DNA of 64,000 nt from Octopus vulgaris (taxonomy: Eukaryota): positions 12,834,001 through 12,898,000 of the forward strand of contig OX597825.1 of NCBI GenBank assembly GCA_951406725.2. Reading direction: 5' to 3'. The notes below the pieces were generated by a model. The model saw only the letters and a program-made list of their open reading frames with translations, ran no database searches and was not told the DNA's origin. The position numbers and the translations under genes are program-made. Positions 28,405 through 41,289 of this stretch are shown here, one piece after another. The number at the start of each line of letters is the position of its first letter. The first letter of the stretch is position 1.

Positions 28405-29004
28405 TATATATATATATACTTATATATGTATGTGAGTATTGAGAAAGAGAGGGAGATAGATGGATAGATAAATGAAACTCATAAAATGATATTGTATTTG
28501 CTATGCTTAGTTCTGCACCTTAATAATAACCACTTTATTATCCGTCTTAATTTCCCCTCAGTAGGGTGCGACATAGCTGTAAGCCATCTCTGCTGAAATA
28601 GAAATTGCATTGTTCGTCTTGTGTCTCCAACAAATCTCATATTTCATTCTACATGTTCATCTGAAAATCCTCTCTCCTTTCAAATTAGAGTTAAATTTTA
28701 CTTTATTGAACAGTATCAAAACTCCAAGAGAGAGATTTTACTCCATACCATATATACCATATCGTTTGCATCCCTTAATACTGGTCTTATTAAGCTCTCT
28801 TTAAACTTTAAAATATTTTGTTATTTTAATATTTTAACTAAATTTTGAAATTGTAACCACAACCACTCTTTAGTAAGGAATCATGACAATAAGACAATAT
28901 AAATGTTGAACAATTCATATGGTTGAGTGAGGAATATATTTACTTCACGTATCAGAAAGTAACACCTTCTTCGCTACTTTTATCTACAGCACTCAATATG
29001 GCTT

Positions 29005-29301
29005 GGTGGAGGCGCAATGGCCCAGTGGCTAGAGGAGCGGCTCGTGGTCGGAGGATCGCAGTTTCGATTCCCAAATCAGCGAAAACACCTAAAAGCTCCA
29101 CAGGCTCCGGCAGGGGTTGGTGGTGACCCCTGTTGTACTCTTTCGCCCCAACTTTCTCTCACTCTCTCTTCCTGTTTCTTGAGTAACGCTGCGATAGACT
29201 GGCGTCCCGTCCAGCTGGGGGGAATACATACGCCACAGAAACCGGGAAACCGTAACCATGAGCCTGGTTAGGCTTGAAAAGGGCGCATATAAAATAAATA
29301 A
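29005..29301 (+). mobile_element. tRNA-derived SINE family C
   Basis: A box TGGCCCAGTGG, B box GTTTCGATTCCC; perfect 14-bp TSD ACTCAATATGGCTT (28991-29004, 29302-29315); homolog at 60971-61278. Confidence 0.93.
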
Positions 29302-29529
29302 ACTCAATATGGCTTCTAAATAGTTCACAGTTTCTGCAACTAGTGTGGTAAAATCTACATCTCTGAGCTTGTTGGATTTCTCATTCCATTTTAATTTTCT
29401 CCGCGATTTGTTTTTAATAACTTCGTAACCTCTGTTTCCAATAGCTGTTGTTCATCTGTATAATTACGATGTTTGTTTCCGTATTTCATTTGATTAACTT
29501 ATTTGCACGCACCTTTCGCTTAATTAATT

Positions 29530-31740
29530 CCATTACATCTCTACCTCGCTGTGCTCTGCCAAAAATTTGGTTTTGTTGCTCTTTTGCGCATTCACTGCCA
29601 TCATCCTTTTGTAAAACTCATTAATGTTACTTTGTTAAAAAGCGATTCATTTTCATAGGCGAATTTAGAAACGCAGTCGTTGTTTTCCTTTCTTACTTCT
29701 CTTTTAAAATCCGCATCTACATTCTTCCATCTCCGTATGTGAGCTTCATTACAAAATCTCGAACTTAAATATTTTCTTTCGAACTCCCAATTATCTTCTC
29801 CGATAACGAATGCGAATTGTTATTGTTTGTATCCAAAGGATATTTTCTTTCCCAATCTTCTACCTCCATAATTTGATTAATTTAATTCCAAACAACTCCA
29901 GGCTCATCAATGGAAGTTTATTTACCATATTTGATGCAGAGTTTCCAAAAATGTTTTGTAGAAATTCTATCTGATTATATTTTGCTTCGAATTGCGTTTT
30001 CTTACATCCTAATTGGAATTTTAATCTTGTGATGAGAGGCTTTTAACTCGCTGTCGTCACATTCAGTGAAATGCTTCCTATATGAAAACTGCTTCGTAGC
30101 AATTTTTTTTGGTTATATAATCTAGATAATCAGATAATACACGTAACGACTACAGCAAATATGAATTGCTTTCGTGCATTGTAAAGCAGGTATTAATTAC
30201 TCAGTGATCATAATCATATCAGCAATTGAGTTGCATCACATGTTACGGAAAATTATATTGCTGTATGCCGCGCTTATGGAAACTGGAATATGACCACCAT
30301 TTTTACAGAAACTCGGATATATTTTTACAATTTCAAAAACTAAATTTACAATAAGAATACTCCGCATTCTACTTGAGTATACTTGAGTATTTTTTTTCAT
30401 TGACCCTCACCAGCCTTCCACACTCTCACTTCTTTCGTATCCTTCACCTTCTTCTCTGAGTACCAATTTAACTGACCATGACTTTGTTACTAACTTCTTC
30501 CATTTCCTTATTTGGGCAGGGAACTTTCAGTAAAATTATATTGCTGTATGCCGCGCTTATGGAAACTGGAAAGGGATAAGTGGATGCTAGTAAAGACAGA
30601 ATAGGTGCATCACTGAAGGAAGTTGTACATTGCTACACCCATTCATTTAATTTGGTACTCTTGCAGTCAGCTTCAAGAGTCCGTGAATGTCGAATTTTCT
30701 TCCAAACTTTAAAAAGAATTTCGACTTTACTCTAAAAGTCGACGGCTTGAATAATCCATACTGGATGAAATCCCTGGAAGGTGATTTCCAAAGTTATATA
30801 TACATTACTCGTGTCTTATTAACTACTTCAAAACGGTGCATCTTATGGAGGAAACAATTTTCAATATTCAGACTCACTATATTTCAAAGCGTACAATACT
30901 ACACTTTCACGGAAAACGGTGGCGGGCGGAACACTCGAACCCCGACCTCCCCGCCATCTACAGGGGAGAAGGAGGCTGCATGCCCTATTTTGCTAAGTCA
31001 CCCTTCGGCATTAATATGCATGTTTGTATGAATCTTGTGTCTGTGTATTATCAATGAAATATATCATATACGCTCAATACCCTTCTTTCATCTTTGATCT
31101 CATTGTTTGTTTACATCTGCCATCTTGGATACGAAACGTCGTAACAAAATCAGAGCTGGATATAATTTCTATAGATAATTTGAAGAGATAACATAAGCAA
31201 AATTCCGTGTACTACATATAAATGCTTGTGTGTGCGTATGGCTTTATACATTTTTGTACGTATATAATTTCCAATTTGCCGCATTCCCAATTTTTCTCGT
31301 TACATATCTAGCTCCTTCCGACTCATACAGCTGCTTTCACTTAATCTTTGGCATTCATTAATTATAGATTGTTAACATCTGATTCTATTTCATAGTTGTA
31401 TTTAGAAATGTACTCATTTATACACTTTCTTAATTTCCTTTTAAAATCCACAAGGCAAAATTTTCAGCTTAGGCATACACGATTCATTATAAAACCAAGA
31501 TTTTAAATACATTCATTCTTTACGCTTCAAATTGCCTCCTGAGATAAAGAATAGTATTCGTTATTGTATACACCCATGACATGCTACCTTCCTCAACCGA
31601 AATTGTTTTATTTCATTCCAAACAACTTCAGGGCTCAAAAACGATGGTTTGTTGGCTATAGCTGATGCATCATTTTCAATCAGATTTTGTAGGAATCTTT
31701 TCCATTATTTTCGTGAGGAGTTTTTCTTTTTACCCAAATA
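29530..31740 (-). pseudogene. Two anciently diverged homologous segments (~29530-30000 and ~31270-31740), probably decayed coding sequence of unknown family
   Basis: Colinear similarity, e.g. TTCCAAACAACTCCAGGCTCA vs TTCCAAACAACTTCAGGGCTCA; minus-strand NDCVSKFAYE vs NEYISKYNYE; stops and frameshifts in both. Confidence 0.45.
30249..30571. repeat. Exact 40-bp direct repeat, 243 bp apart
   Basis: AAAATTATATTGCTGTATGCCGCGCTTATGGAAACTGGAA at 30249-30288 and 30532-30571. Confidence 0.95.
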
Positions 31741-32123
31741 ATAGAACGCGTTGGCCTTCATACGAATATACGTGTGCGTTTTTGTATTTACATGAGAATA
31801 TGTATGTTTATATGTATATATCGATATCTATGCGTACATGTAAATATATACGCTCAGACACATGTATATATATATATATACACACACATATATATATATA
31901 GATAGATAGATTGCAGAATTCAATGCATGAAAGTACTAGTTCAATCAGAATGAACATTTAACATTCTACTATTTCATTTTATTTTATTCAATTATAATAT
32001 ATTATCTTATAATATATCATTATAAGATTGTAAATAAAACGTGAAAATCAGACAAGGTTGGAATTCCTTTTATTAATATATTCTTCTATACACAAATCAC
32101 ACACACCCATATATATATATATA

Positions 32124-32208
<85 letters not shown>

Positions 32209-32409
32209 CGAAAGAGAGCTAAGTAGTTGTATATGCATGTATGTAAGTATGTATGAATGTACACACAAAACAAACACACACATACACACACATACACACG
32301 CATATATACATACATATGAATATCTTTATTCTTTCATTTTTTACTTGTTTCCGTAATTAGAACTCAGCCATGCATTGTGCGTATATATATATATATATAT
32401 ATATATATA

Positions 32410-32919
32410 CTAGCAGTATCGCCCGGCGTTGCTCGGGTTTGTAAGGGAAATAACTATATAAGCATTTTTAGTGAGTTACTTCCCTTATAGATGCCAATTC
32501 GGGCTTTCTTAGCCATTTCTGTTTTGGTGTCTTCAAGCCATGAAGTCGTTGTTCTAAAAGAACGCTGGTCTCCTTGACAACGCATTACGACGTTGATTTC
32601 CTTACACTCCCTTCCCCACAGCTTCACGAGGGAGGGAAGAAGGGGGAGAAGCAAACAGATGCAGGTGTGACCATGGACGCCAACTCCGCCGCCATCGACA
32701 CACGAAAAATTATGCATTAAAATGGAATAAAAAATGATGTTAAATTATTTTTAAAATCGTAGACTCATCGTAGACACACGCTAATACTCAGACGGGCTCG
32801 ATATGAATCACGACTATAAGATACCCGAATTTGCTTAAACTGCACCGCAAAATGTGGGAGGAGTTAGGAATCTAAATCGTAGGAGACAGACACTCACACA
32901 ACTACAGTTTTATATATAT

Positions 32920-32922
<3 letters not shown>
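32410..32922 (-). mobile_element. Non-autonomous Helitron, family H1 (different internal segment)
   Basis: A|TCTATATATATAAAA ... CCCGAGCAACGCCGGGCGATACTGCTAG|T on minus strand. Confidence 0.9.
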
Positions 32923-32989
<67 letters not shown>

Positions 32990-33001
32990 ACATGTATATA
33001 G

Positions 33002-33032
<31 letters not shown>

Positions 33033-33607
33033 TTTGTGTGTGTGTATATATTTATATATATATAAGGAGAGGGAGAGACAGATAGACAATGAGATAGTCA
33101 AAGAGACAGAGACACTAGTAGGTAGGTATGTAGGTAAGGAGGTTGGTAGGTTGGTAGATACATAGATAAATATATGCATACATATACACATCCATCCATA
33201 CATACATACATACCTCAATTATGCTTCTTAAAACCAGAAAGAAGAAAGCTAATTCGGAGTCTACAGATCCAATCCATGAGTGGAATTGTAAACATCTGCA
33301 AAACTTTCCAGACGTTTATCGTTTAAATATAAATGAGCAAGTCTAGATATACAACTTTGTGCATGAGAATACAAACATAAAACATACAAATCTGCACGTA
33401 CATACATATATACATACATACAGACACTTCCGTCAAACGTAAATGATGTAAATAATGTATATATATATATAGAGAGAGAGAGAGACATACATACATACAT
33501 ACATGCATACATAAAAATAAGATACCCTGTTGATGACGTTGAGATTCCAATGAAGGAGCATTGGATCTGGGTTAGAAACCGTTTTTTTTTTCTTTATTGG
33601 CAAGAAA

Positions 33608-34403
33608 TCTCTCTATATATAAACGGCAGTTTGTCTGTGTGTCTGTCAGGTTGTACCCTCACCCTGACCACGGCTTTCAACCGATTCTGATGAAACTTGA
33701 CACACACATAGCCCAATGTCATAATTCAAAACTAACGCAGCGAAAATTTTGAAAAGTTCCCCCAGTTCTGAAAAATAATCGATAAAATCGACATGCGTCG
33801 AGAATCTAAGCTTTTTACATGCAACACATTTTCTACAGACTGTCTAGGGGACGCAACTGGACCTTTTTAACTCTCGGAACACGTGGGGTAAGTATCCCAA
33901 AATGTATAAAAATGTACAAAAACGGCAAAAAAGTGGGCAGCAATGTGAGTGACAACAACGAAACAGTCAAAAGTGACCAAACTGAACAAACGAATGGAAA
34001 AGGTTTTTTTGGTGCACACGACAAAAGCGGTTTATAATAAACCAAGAGTTTGCAAGTAGCGTCCGAGGACCCTTAGGGTACGGCAAAAATTTAAGGTAAA
34101 ACGTTTGGGGTGGTACATATAAAGAAAGTGTAAACAAAAAAAGTATTCGAATAACTTGCGGCTGCAGCAGCTATTAGCAGAAGTGGCGGTGTTGGGGGTA
34201 AAGTCTCGAATGTAATTTCTTCCTGGTAGGAATTGGTTGGGTTGAATTATCGATAGCTGTTTGATAGTAATTTGGGAATGAAGAGAAGACATTGCAACCT
34301 ACACATGCGCCTTCGTTCCCTAGAGGGAAAGGACTAGATTGGGATTAGTCGTTGCCTACTAGGGGCTCTTACATACCCGGGCAACGCCGGGCTATGCTGC
34401 TAG
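33608..34403 (+). mobile_element. Non-autonomous Helitron, family H3
   Basis: A|TCTCTCTATATATAAACGG ... CCCGGGCAACGCCGGG hairpin ... CTAG|T. Confidence 0.88.
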
Positions 34404-34440
34404 TCTTGAAATAAACTGAATAATGGCAAAGATACATATA

Positions 34441-34830
34441 TCATCATCATCATTGTTCGACCGTGGTCGAGACAATGGAATTTACCATGCTACGCCAGAC
34501 TTCACGGTCCATCATGGCATTACGGAGGTCCTGTTGCTGGATGCCTGTATCCCTGGAGATCACATCAGGGTAGGAGAGAGTGTGCGCCCTCTGGTATTGC
34601 GAGTAGATGGCCTCCAGAGGAGAAGAGTAGAAATTGCCTCGCTTTCAGCTCTACAACAATGTCCAGCAAACTGGACTCTCTTACCTTTCACAAGAGATGA
34701 CACAGGTGGTAGTTTCCCATATATTTGTGTTTTGGTTGGATGGCGCTTCCACGAGAGATTTTGAGCTCTCATAAGGAGGCGAGTGTAGGTTCCATCCAAC
34801 CGCCTCTCAAGCTTCTTTGATAACGTCCAG
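34441..34830 (-). mobile_element. RTE-type LINE 3' fragment
   Basis: TWTLSKKLERRLDGTYTRLLMRAQNLSWK...RVQFAGHCCR...LLLWRP...RGR, typical RTE-group C-terminus; (GAT)n tail. Confidence 0.85.
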
Positions 34831-35081
34831 GTTATATACATGCATACGTACATACATATATGCGTAGAAAGTAGAATATAAGAGTGGAAATTGTTCGCTC
34901 AGAAAGTACAAGCGTACTTCTGAGTTCGTTAGAGTGTGTTTAGTAAAACAATTTTACTTTATATAATTTATTGCACAAGTCACATTAAAATGATGAACCG
35001 TGTACACTGCTATGTATCTCTAGTTGCCTATAAACTTAGTAAGTATTTTATAAACATGACACGCAAACACACACTAACACA

Positions 35082-35125
<44 letters not shown>

Positions 35126-35247
35126 AATAGTACTAATTGTTTCGAGCTGAAGGGATTATTTATTATTAAATACTTCACTTTTACAAGATTAGTTTTGTAT
35201 CTTTCGGGAAGATATTATCTCGTATACACACAAGCAAGCACGTGTGT

Positions 35248-35284
<37 letters not shown>

Positions 35285-35370
35285 GACAAACACACGCAGA
35301 GACACACACATACATTCTGATGAGCATATGTATGCTTATGTATGTTTGTGTGAGTGTATGTGTGTTAGTG

Positions 35371-35424
<54 letters not shown>

Positions 35425-35434
35425 CTTATATATT

Positions 35435-35481
<47 letters not shown>

Positions 35482-35506
35482 TGATAGATAGATAGATAAT
35501 AATATA

Positions 35507-35726
35507 GGGTGAAATTAATTAATTTGGAATAATCATTAATTTCACCAAGTAGATTTCGGCATGTAAAAGCCCCATTCGAGGAACGTTTAAGTAATACTAA
35601 GTAATTAAGGGTTTAGCAACGATTTGCCTCACCACACACCGAATTTAGAAATAGCAATCAAAGAGTTATGGCTATTCTTTCTAGTTAAAAGGGAGATCTC
35701 AGTAAAACCACAGCACTTAAAAGGCG
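35507..35726 (+). mobile_element. Inverted-repeat-plus-tail insert in (GATA)/(GA) tract
   Basis: GGTGAAATTAAT 35508-35519 / ATTAATTTCACC 35535-35546, then ~180-bp tail. Confidence 0.5.
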
Positions 35727-36450
35727 ATAGATAGAGATAGAGATAGAGAGAGAGAGATTAAGAAAATCTCAATCGCAGGAGAATTGCAACGAAAGCAGTT
35801 TTAGAAAATCGGGTAGAAATACCCCTATGTACATTTATCTGTTGTTCTGAAGTTTACACAACGATCCTACTGCGTTAGATATATTTTTAATTTTTTAAAA
35901 TACGAAACTTGCTCGATGTTTCAATGTTGTTTTACTCTCTACTCCCTCTATCCCTCCCTCTCTACTCCCTCTATCTCTCTCAAACACACACACATATACA
36001 TGTTAATGATGATGACGCGTTGGAGTTGTAAAATAAAATAATGTATTGGATCGAACTAGCGGCTGATGTACGCATCCCTACAAATGAATGTCTTTGTAAC
36101 GAAATAAAAGGCCAAATGATCTCCATCCACGTTTTAGTAGGAATGTAATCATGGTTTAGTCGTTGCTACATTACTGATCACATTTTTTTAATATTTTCCA
36201 CATCAACTTTTAAAAAGTTAAACTGTTATCAAAAACGTTTTTGCCATAACTATTTTTACATTTTTTTCGAGTATTGTCCATTCATGATTCCAGTCGCCAC
36301 CATTTGCTTCCCCCTTTCTTGATGGTAAAACATGACTTACAGACGTCGTAGATGCTAATTTTTGAATATTGAGTGTCTTCATAAACCGCATCTAATTGGG
36401 CTTTTTTTAGACATCGTCTGTCGAGCAACTCAAAAGTCGTCGATGTGCTT

Positions 36451-37239
36451 AATATTTTGATAATGATTAGGTAGCGAGCTGCCTGAATCGTTGCAGCGCC
36501 AGTCTTAACGGGCCTTGTGCCTTGAGTAGAAAAGAATAGTTTGATAAATCTAAGGCAGCGTGCTGGCTGAATTGCTACAGCATCAGACGAAATGCATAGC
36601 TGTATTTCGTCCGTTTCTTTCGTTCTGAGTTCAAATTCCGCTGAGGTCGACTTTGCCTTTTATCCTCTCGGGTTCGATAAATTAAGTACCAGTTGCGTAC
36701 TAAGGTCGATCTAATCGACTGGCTCCTTCGCCCCAAATTTCGGGCTTTGTGCCTTGAGTAGAAAAGAATATTTTGATAAATGTAAGGCAGCAAGCTGGCT
36801 GTATAGCTACAGCGTCAGACGAAATACATAGCTGTATTCCGTCTGTTTTTACGTTCTGAGTTCAAATTCCGCAGAGGTCGACTTTGCCTTTCATCCTCTC
36901 GGGGTCGATAAATTAAGCACCAGTTGCGTACTGGAGTCGATCTAATCGACTGGCCCACTCCCCCAAAATTTCGGGTCTTGCGCCTAGAGTACAAAAGAAT
37001 ATTTTGATAATTGTAAGGCAGTGAGCTGCCTGAATCGTTACAGCGCCAGTCGAATTGCTTAGCCGTAATTCGTCCGCCTTTACGTTCTGAGTTCAAAATC
37101 AGCCGAGGTCGACTTTACCTTTTATACTCTCGGGGTCGATAAAATAAGTAGCACTTGCGTACTGGGGTCGATGTAATCAACTTATCCCCTCCCGCGAAAT
37201 TGCTTAGTACTAAAATTTTGAAATCAATATTTTGATAAT
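36451..37239 (+). repeat. Tandem array of four SINE family B units separated by a repeated 14-bp spacer
   Basis: AATATTTTGATAA(T/A) at 36451, 36535 (1 mismatch), 36767, 36998, 37226; unit 1 internally deleted. Confidence 0.9.
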
Positions 37240-38062
37240 TAAGTTCTCACTCATTCAGTCTTGAGTGCGAAAAAAACCGAAAATGAGTGCTAAAAAAGAA
37301 AGAAAGATAGAATGAGAAAAAGAAAGAGTGGAAAACAGACAGACAGACAGCCCGGCAAACGGATAAATACATAGAAAAAAGAGAGACAAGATTCGTCACT
37401 GGCTCATAATATCATGTTATCGTTAGAGAAATGTGATGAAAGAGATCATAAAACAGATCTTGTTTTCCTTTTATGTAGAAGATGATTCTCATGTTTCCCC
37501 ATCATTCTTTCATAAGGAGCGGAAGAACATATTAATAAGGTAAAACAAATTTACTGTTATTGGAATTCTAATTAATATTTACTTGGCCATTTTTACTTTC
37601 TTTGTGTATTTGTATATTATTATTGCAACTGTTGCATTACAGATATTTTGTTTCATCTCCTTAGTATTTTTTTTTATAACAGTTCTAGACTTGCTATATA
37701 TTTATTTATATATATTTTTGATTTTTTTCCATATGATTTTTTTATTGATATTCTTTACAAAAAAAAATAAAAGAGAGGAAAAAATTATTTTAATATAAGA
37801 CATGAGGTTCGTTCTGCTATCATTAAAGACTATAAAAGAGAAATTATTTAATAAAATCACTGAGTTGTGACGATGCTTTTTTAATATATACGAAGCGGTC
37901 GGTTAGTAAGATTTTATTAAAAAAACAGGGAAAAATGGATAAATATTAGAGGCAAATTTCTCAAAAATTTATTGGATTTATCAATACAGTGCTTTTGTAA
38001 ATTTATTGCTCCTTCACTCCAAATACATTTTTTTATGTAGTGTTTCTGTATGTATATATGTA

Positions 38063-38193
<131 letters not shown>

Positions 38194-38234
38194 ACATATA
38201 TGCATGTATATATATATATGTATGTATATGTATG

Positions 38235-38324
<90 letters not shown>

Positions 38325-38450
38325 CATGTATAATCGTATGTGTGTACATGTGTATATTAATTTTATGTCATGTGGCATGCCGAGAGCAAACCATTATTTT
38401 CAGAAAAATAATACTTCCGCGCCACTACAATTGCATACGTATTTTTATAA

Positions 38451-38484
<34 letters not shown>

Positions 38485-38665
38485 TTACACATACACACAT
38501 ACAAACACGCTCTCTGTCACACAAACACACGCACACATTCAAACACACACACACACAATTACATGCGTCTATCGATGCAGTCATATGCATGTGGATGTTT
38601 GTGTTTTGGATATTTAGATTTCACCGATGAGAAATCAGCCAGTGGAACAATTGTGTTTTTCGATG

Positions 38666-38667
<2 letters not shown>

Positions 38668-38743
<76 letters not shown>

Positions 38744-38750
38744 ATTATTA

Positions 38751-38805
<55 letters not shown>

Positions 38806-38831
38806 TATTATTATAATTATTATTATTATTA

Positions 38832-38887
<56 letters not shown>

Positions 38888-38964
38888 TGTTGTTGTTCAG
38901 GTCACTGCTTGGAATCGAACTCGGAATCTTGGGTTTAGTAGCCTGCGCTCTTAACCACTATGCC

Positions 38965-39007
<43 letters not shown>

Positions 39008-39039
39008 TAATAATAATAAAGATAATAATGATAATAATG

Positions 39040-39097
<58 letters not shown>

Positions 39098-39111
39098 TGA
39101 TGATGATGATG

Positions 39112-39178
<67 letters not shown>

Positions 39179-39202
39179 TAATAATAATGATAATAATAAT
39201 AA
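38668..39202. repeat. (ATT)n and (AAT)n tracts in opposite orientation around a tRNA-like segment
   Basis: (TAT)n 38668-38886, (AAT)n 38967-39202. Confidence 0.97.
38896..38966 (-). mobile_element. tRNA-derived Pol III head (SINE-like, not a functional tRNA)
   Basis: ATGGCATAGTGGTTAAGAGCGCAGGCTACTAAACCCAAGATTCCGAGTTCGATTCCAAGCAGTGACCTGAA: A box TGGCATAGTGG, B box GTTCGATTCC; no acceptor stem. Confidence 0.8.
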
Positions 39203-39251
39203 CATGGAAAAATATCATAGGAATGAGAACCCAGGTTCGAAATTTCCCCAA

Positions 39252-39297
39252 GAAACCTGAAGAAGGCTGGAGGGTATATCAGCCGAAACGTTGTGTT
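39252..39297 (+). ncRNA. Minimal type I hammerhead ribozyme (canonical core)
   Basis: GAAAC-CTGAAGA-A-GGCTG-GAGGGTATAT-CAGCC-GAAA-CG-TT-GTGTT; palindromic AACGTT stem III; predicted cut after 39292; one mismatch in stem I. Confidence 0.8.
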
Positions 39298-39647
39298 AAC
39301 AACAAACAAGATGAGGACAAATATCCGTCGAATGTAAATACTCTTATGACCCTTTCGCAAAATGGGTTCACTTTTCTCGATACAATCCTGCACAAATGAA
39401 GCCCGACCTTCTTTTTTAGAGGTGATCACACTCTACACACTTCAATTCCAAGCGCTGCTATATGCAACAAACGAGTGCGACGGCGTTATAAGTTAATGTG
39501 CATGCGCAACAGAGTTCGGGGTTCAGATGCGCCAAACAGCTTCACTCTGCTTACTTTAGATTCTTTACCTTAGTAACAGTCCTGATACTTTTGGGTCAGA
39601 CCTCACATGACAATTAGTGTTCTACATCCAGTTAATTTTATTTGATA

Positions 39648-40046
39648 CTTTCAGTATCGCCCGGCGTTGTTCGGGTTTGCTTTGACCCTTTAGAATTGGA
39701 ATTTTTGAAAAGTAAAAATTTTGCATTATGTACCTTGTTATTCTCTTTATGGGAACATTTTTTTTTGGTTGAAATACACCGAATAATGGCGACACAGCAG
39801 TAAAAAAATCGTAAAAAAAATAGGGATTTTCATAGAAAAAAAAGCACCTTTTTGATGTAAATAATTGTTAGTCTTAACATGGTCCGATTTGAATTTTATC
39901 TGCTACGGAATGAAGAGCAAGCCTTCTTCTATCATACTCTCAATTTTGGTCAACTTGCGCCGCAGGGTCCCGGAGGAGATAGTGTTAGCTGAAGGCTACC
40001 AAACCTGCCACACACACACAGACGACTTCAGCTTTATATATATAGA
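39648..40046 (-). mobile_element. Non-autonomous Helitron, family H2
   Basis: A|TCTATATATATAAAGCTG start; CCCGAACAACGCCGGG hairpin; terminal CTAG degenerate. Confidence 0.8.
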
Positions 40047-40779
40047 TTTCATTGTCGTATAATAATCTTTACGCACATGAACAGCGAGCCTGACTGATAC
40101 GAGCGCCATGTCAACTTTGTGGCTTTCTTTCCGGGAGAGGAAGAATAAAAACCTCCCGTTACCAAGATATTGCTTATATATTCAATGTAAGCTGGTGTTT
40201 GTAATCAACGTTACAAATGATGAATAGTACAGCTGGTAAAAAAAAAAAAAACAGAAAAGAAAATAGAAAAACTCGTTCTTTACGTAATGTTTCACAACTT
40301 CACCGACGTGAAATATATTGTCTTTTGTTTGTATTTACAATGCGTTTTACTATGTGATTTTTAGTTTTTTTTTACTTTTCCTTTTATCTTATCTACTCAC
40401 GATGCTCTTTAATATTCTCGATATGAAGCCGGAAATACATGTAAAACACATTTTTTTCTCTCCACTTCTTGGGGTTTCCGTCACCCATGAATGAAAATAG
40501 CAAAGACTGGTGCTTAGCGAAAATGGTAATAATGCATCTTCAATGCAGAAACCAAGAGATTTATGCATAAATCACATCAACACGAGCAGCTCTTTAGGAG
40601 GTGGAAAGAGATTTTTGAGAGAAAATGCCACAAAAACATATTTCCTATCCGACTATTTTGACTCACTCATATACACAAGCACGTACACACACACAAGCAC
40701 ATACACACATGTATATATAGACACATGTATATATGTGTATATATATATGTGTCTATATATAGACACATGTATATATAGA

Positions 40780-41011
40780 AAGGCGGCGAGCTGGCAGAAA
40801 CGTTAGCACGCCGGCGAAATGAGTAGCCGTATTTCGTCTGCCGTTACATTCTGAGTTCAAATTCCGCCGAGGTCGACTTTGCCTTTCATCCTTTCGGGGT
40901 CGATAAATTAAGTACCAGTTACGCACTGGGGTCGATGTAATCGACTTAATCCGTTTGTCTGTCCTTGTTTGTCCTCTCTGTGTTTAGCCCCTTGTGGGCA
41001 ATAAAGAAATA
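40780..41011 (+). mobile_element. SINE family B
   Basis: Full-length copy within a TA-rich tract. Confidence 0.95.
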
Positions 41012-41165
41012 TATATATATACACACATTGTTGACTAATTTTCGACCCAGTTATAATTTTCTCAAACTCGTCATTGCACACTAATAAAATAATATTTTAT
41101 AGAATATGCGTATATGAGAAAGAATTTGTGGGTGCGTGTGCATGAGTGTGAACACATATTTCTGT

Positions 41166-41246
41166 AAAAGAACTCAGAAAGTTGGACCTTCAGCTAGGCC
41201 TTTCGCCATACTCTTAAAGCTAAGAGATTTTCAGCAACCCCTAGTA
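41166..41246 (-). mobile_element. Possible mariner-type MITE end
   Basis: Reverse complement TACTAGGGGTTGCTGAAAATCTCTTAGCT resembles ACGAGGTGGGTACTGAAAAGTCCTTGGCT at ~3585. Confidence 0.4.
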
Positions 41247-41289
41247 TGTCCTTTATTCTTGGATGGCACAATCATTATGTAGAAGTGTA

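Noticed and set aside
33687-33700. CTGATGAAAC inside Helitron H3
   Set aside because: No room for stem II
36451-37239. CRISPR-like repeat/spacer array
   Set aside because: The intervening units are homologous SINE copies, the context is eukaryotic and there are no cas genes
38624-38657. CCGATGA...GGAACAATTGT hammerhead-like string
   Set aside because: No stem II pairing and GAAA imperfect
38896-38966. Functional tRNA gene
   Set aside because: Has A/B boxes but no acceptor stem and a poor anticodon stem; treated as a SINE head
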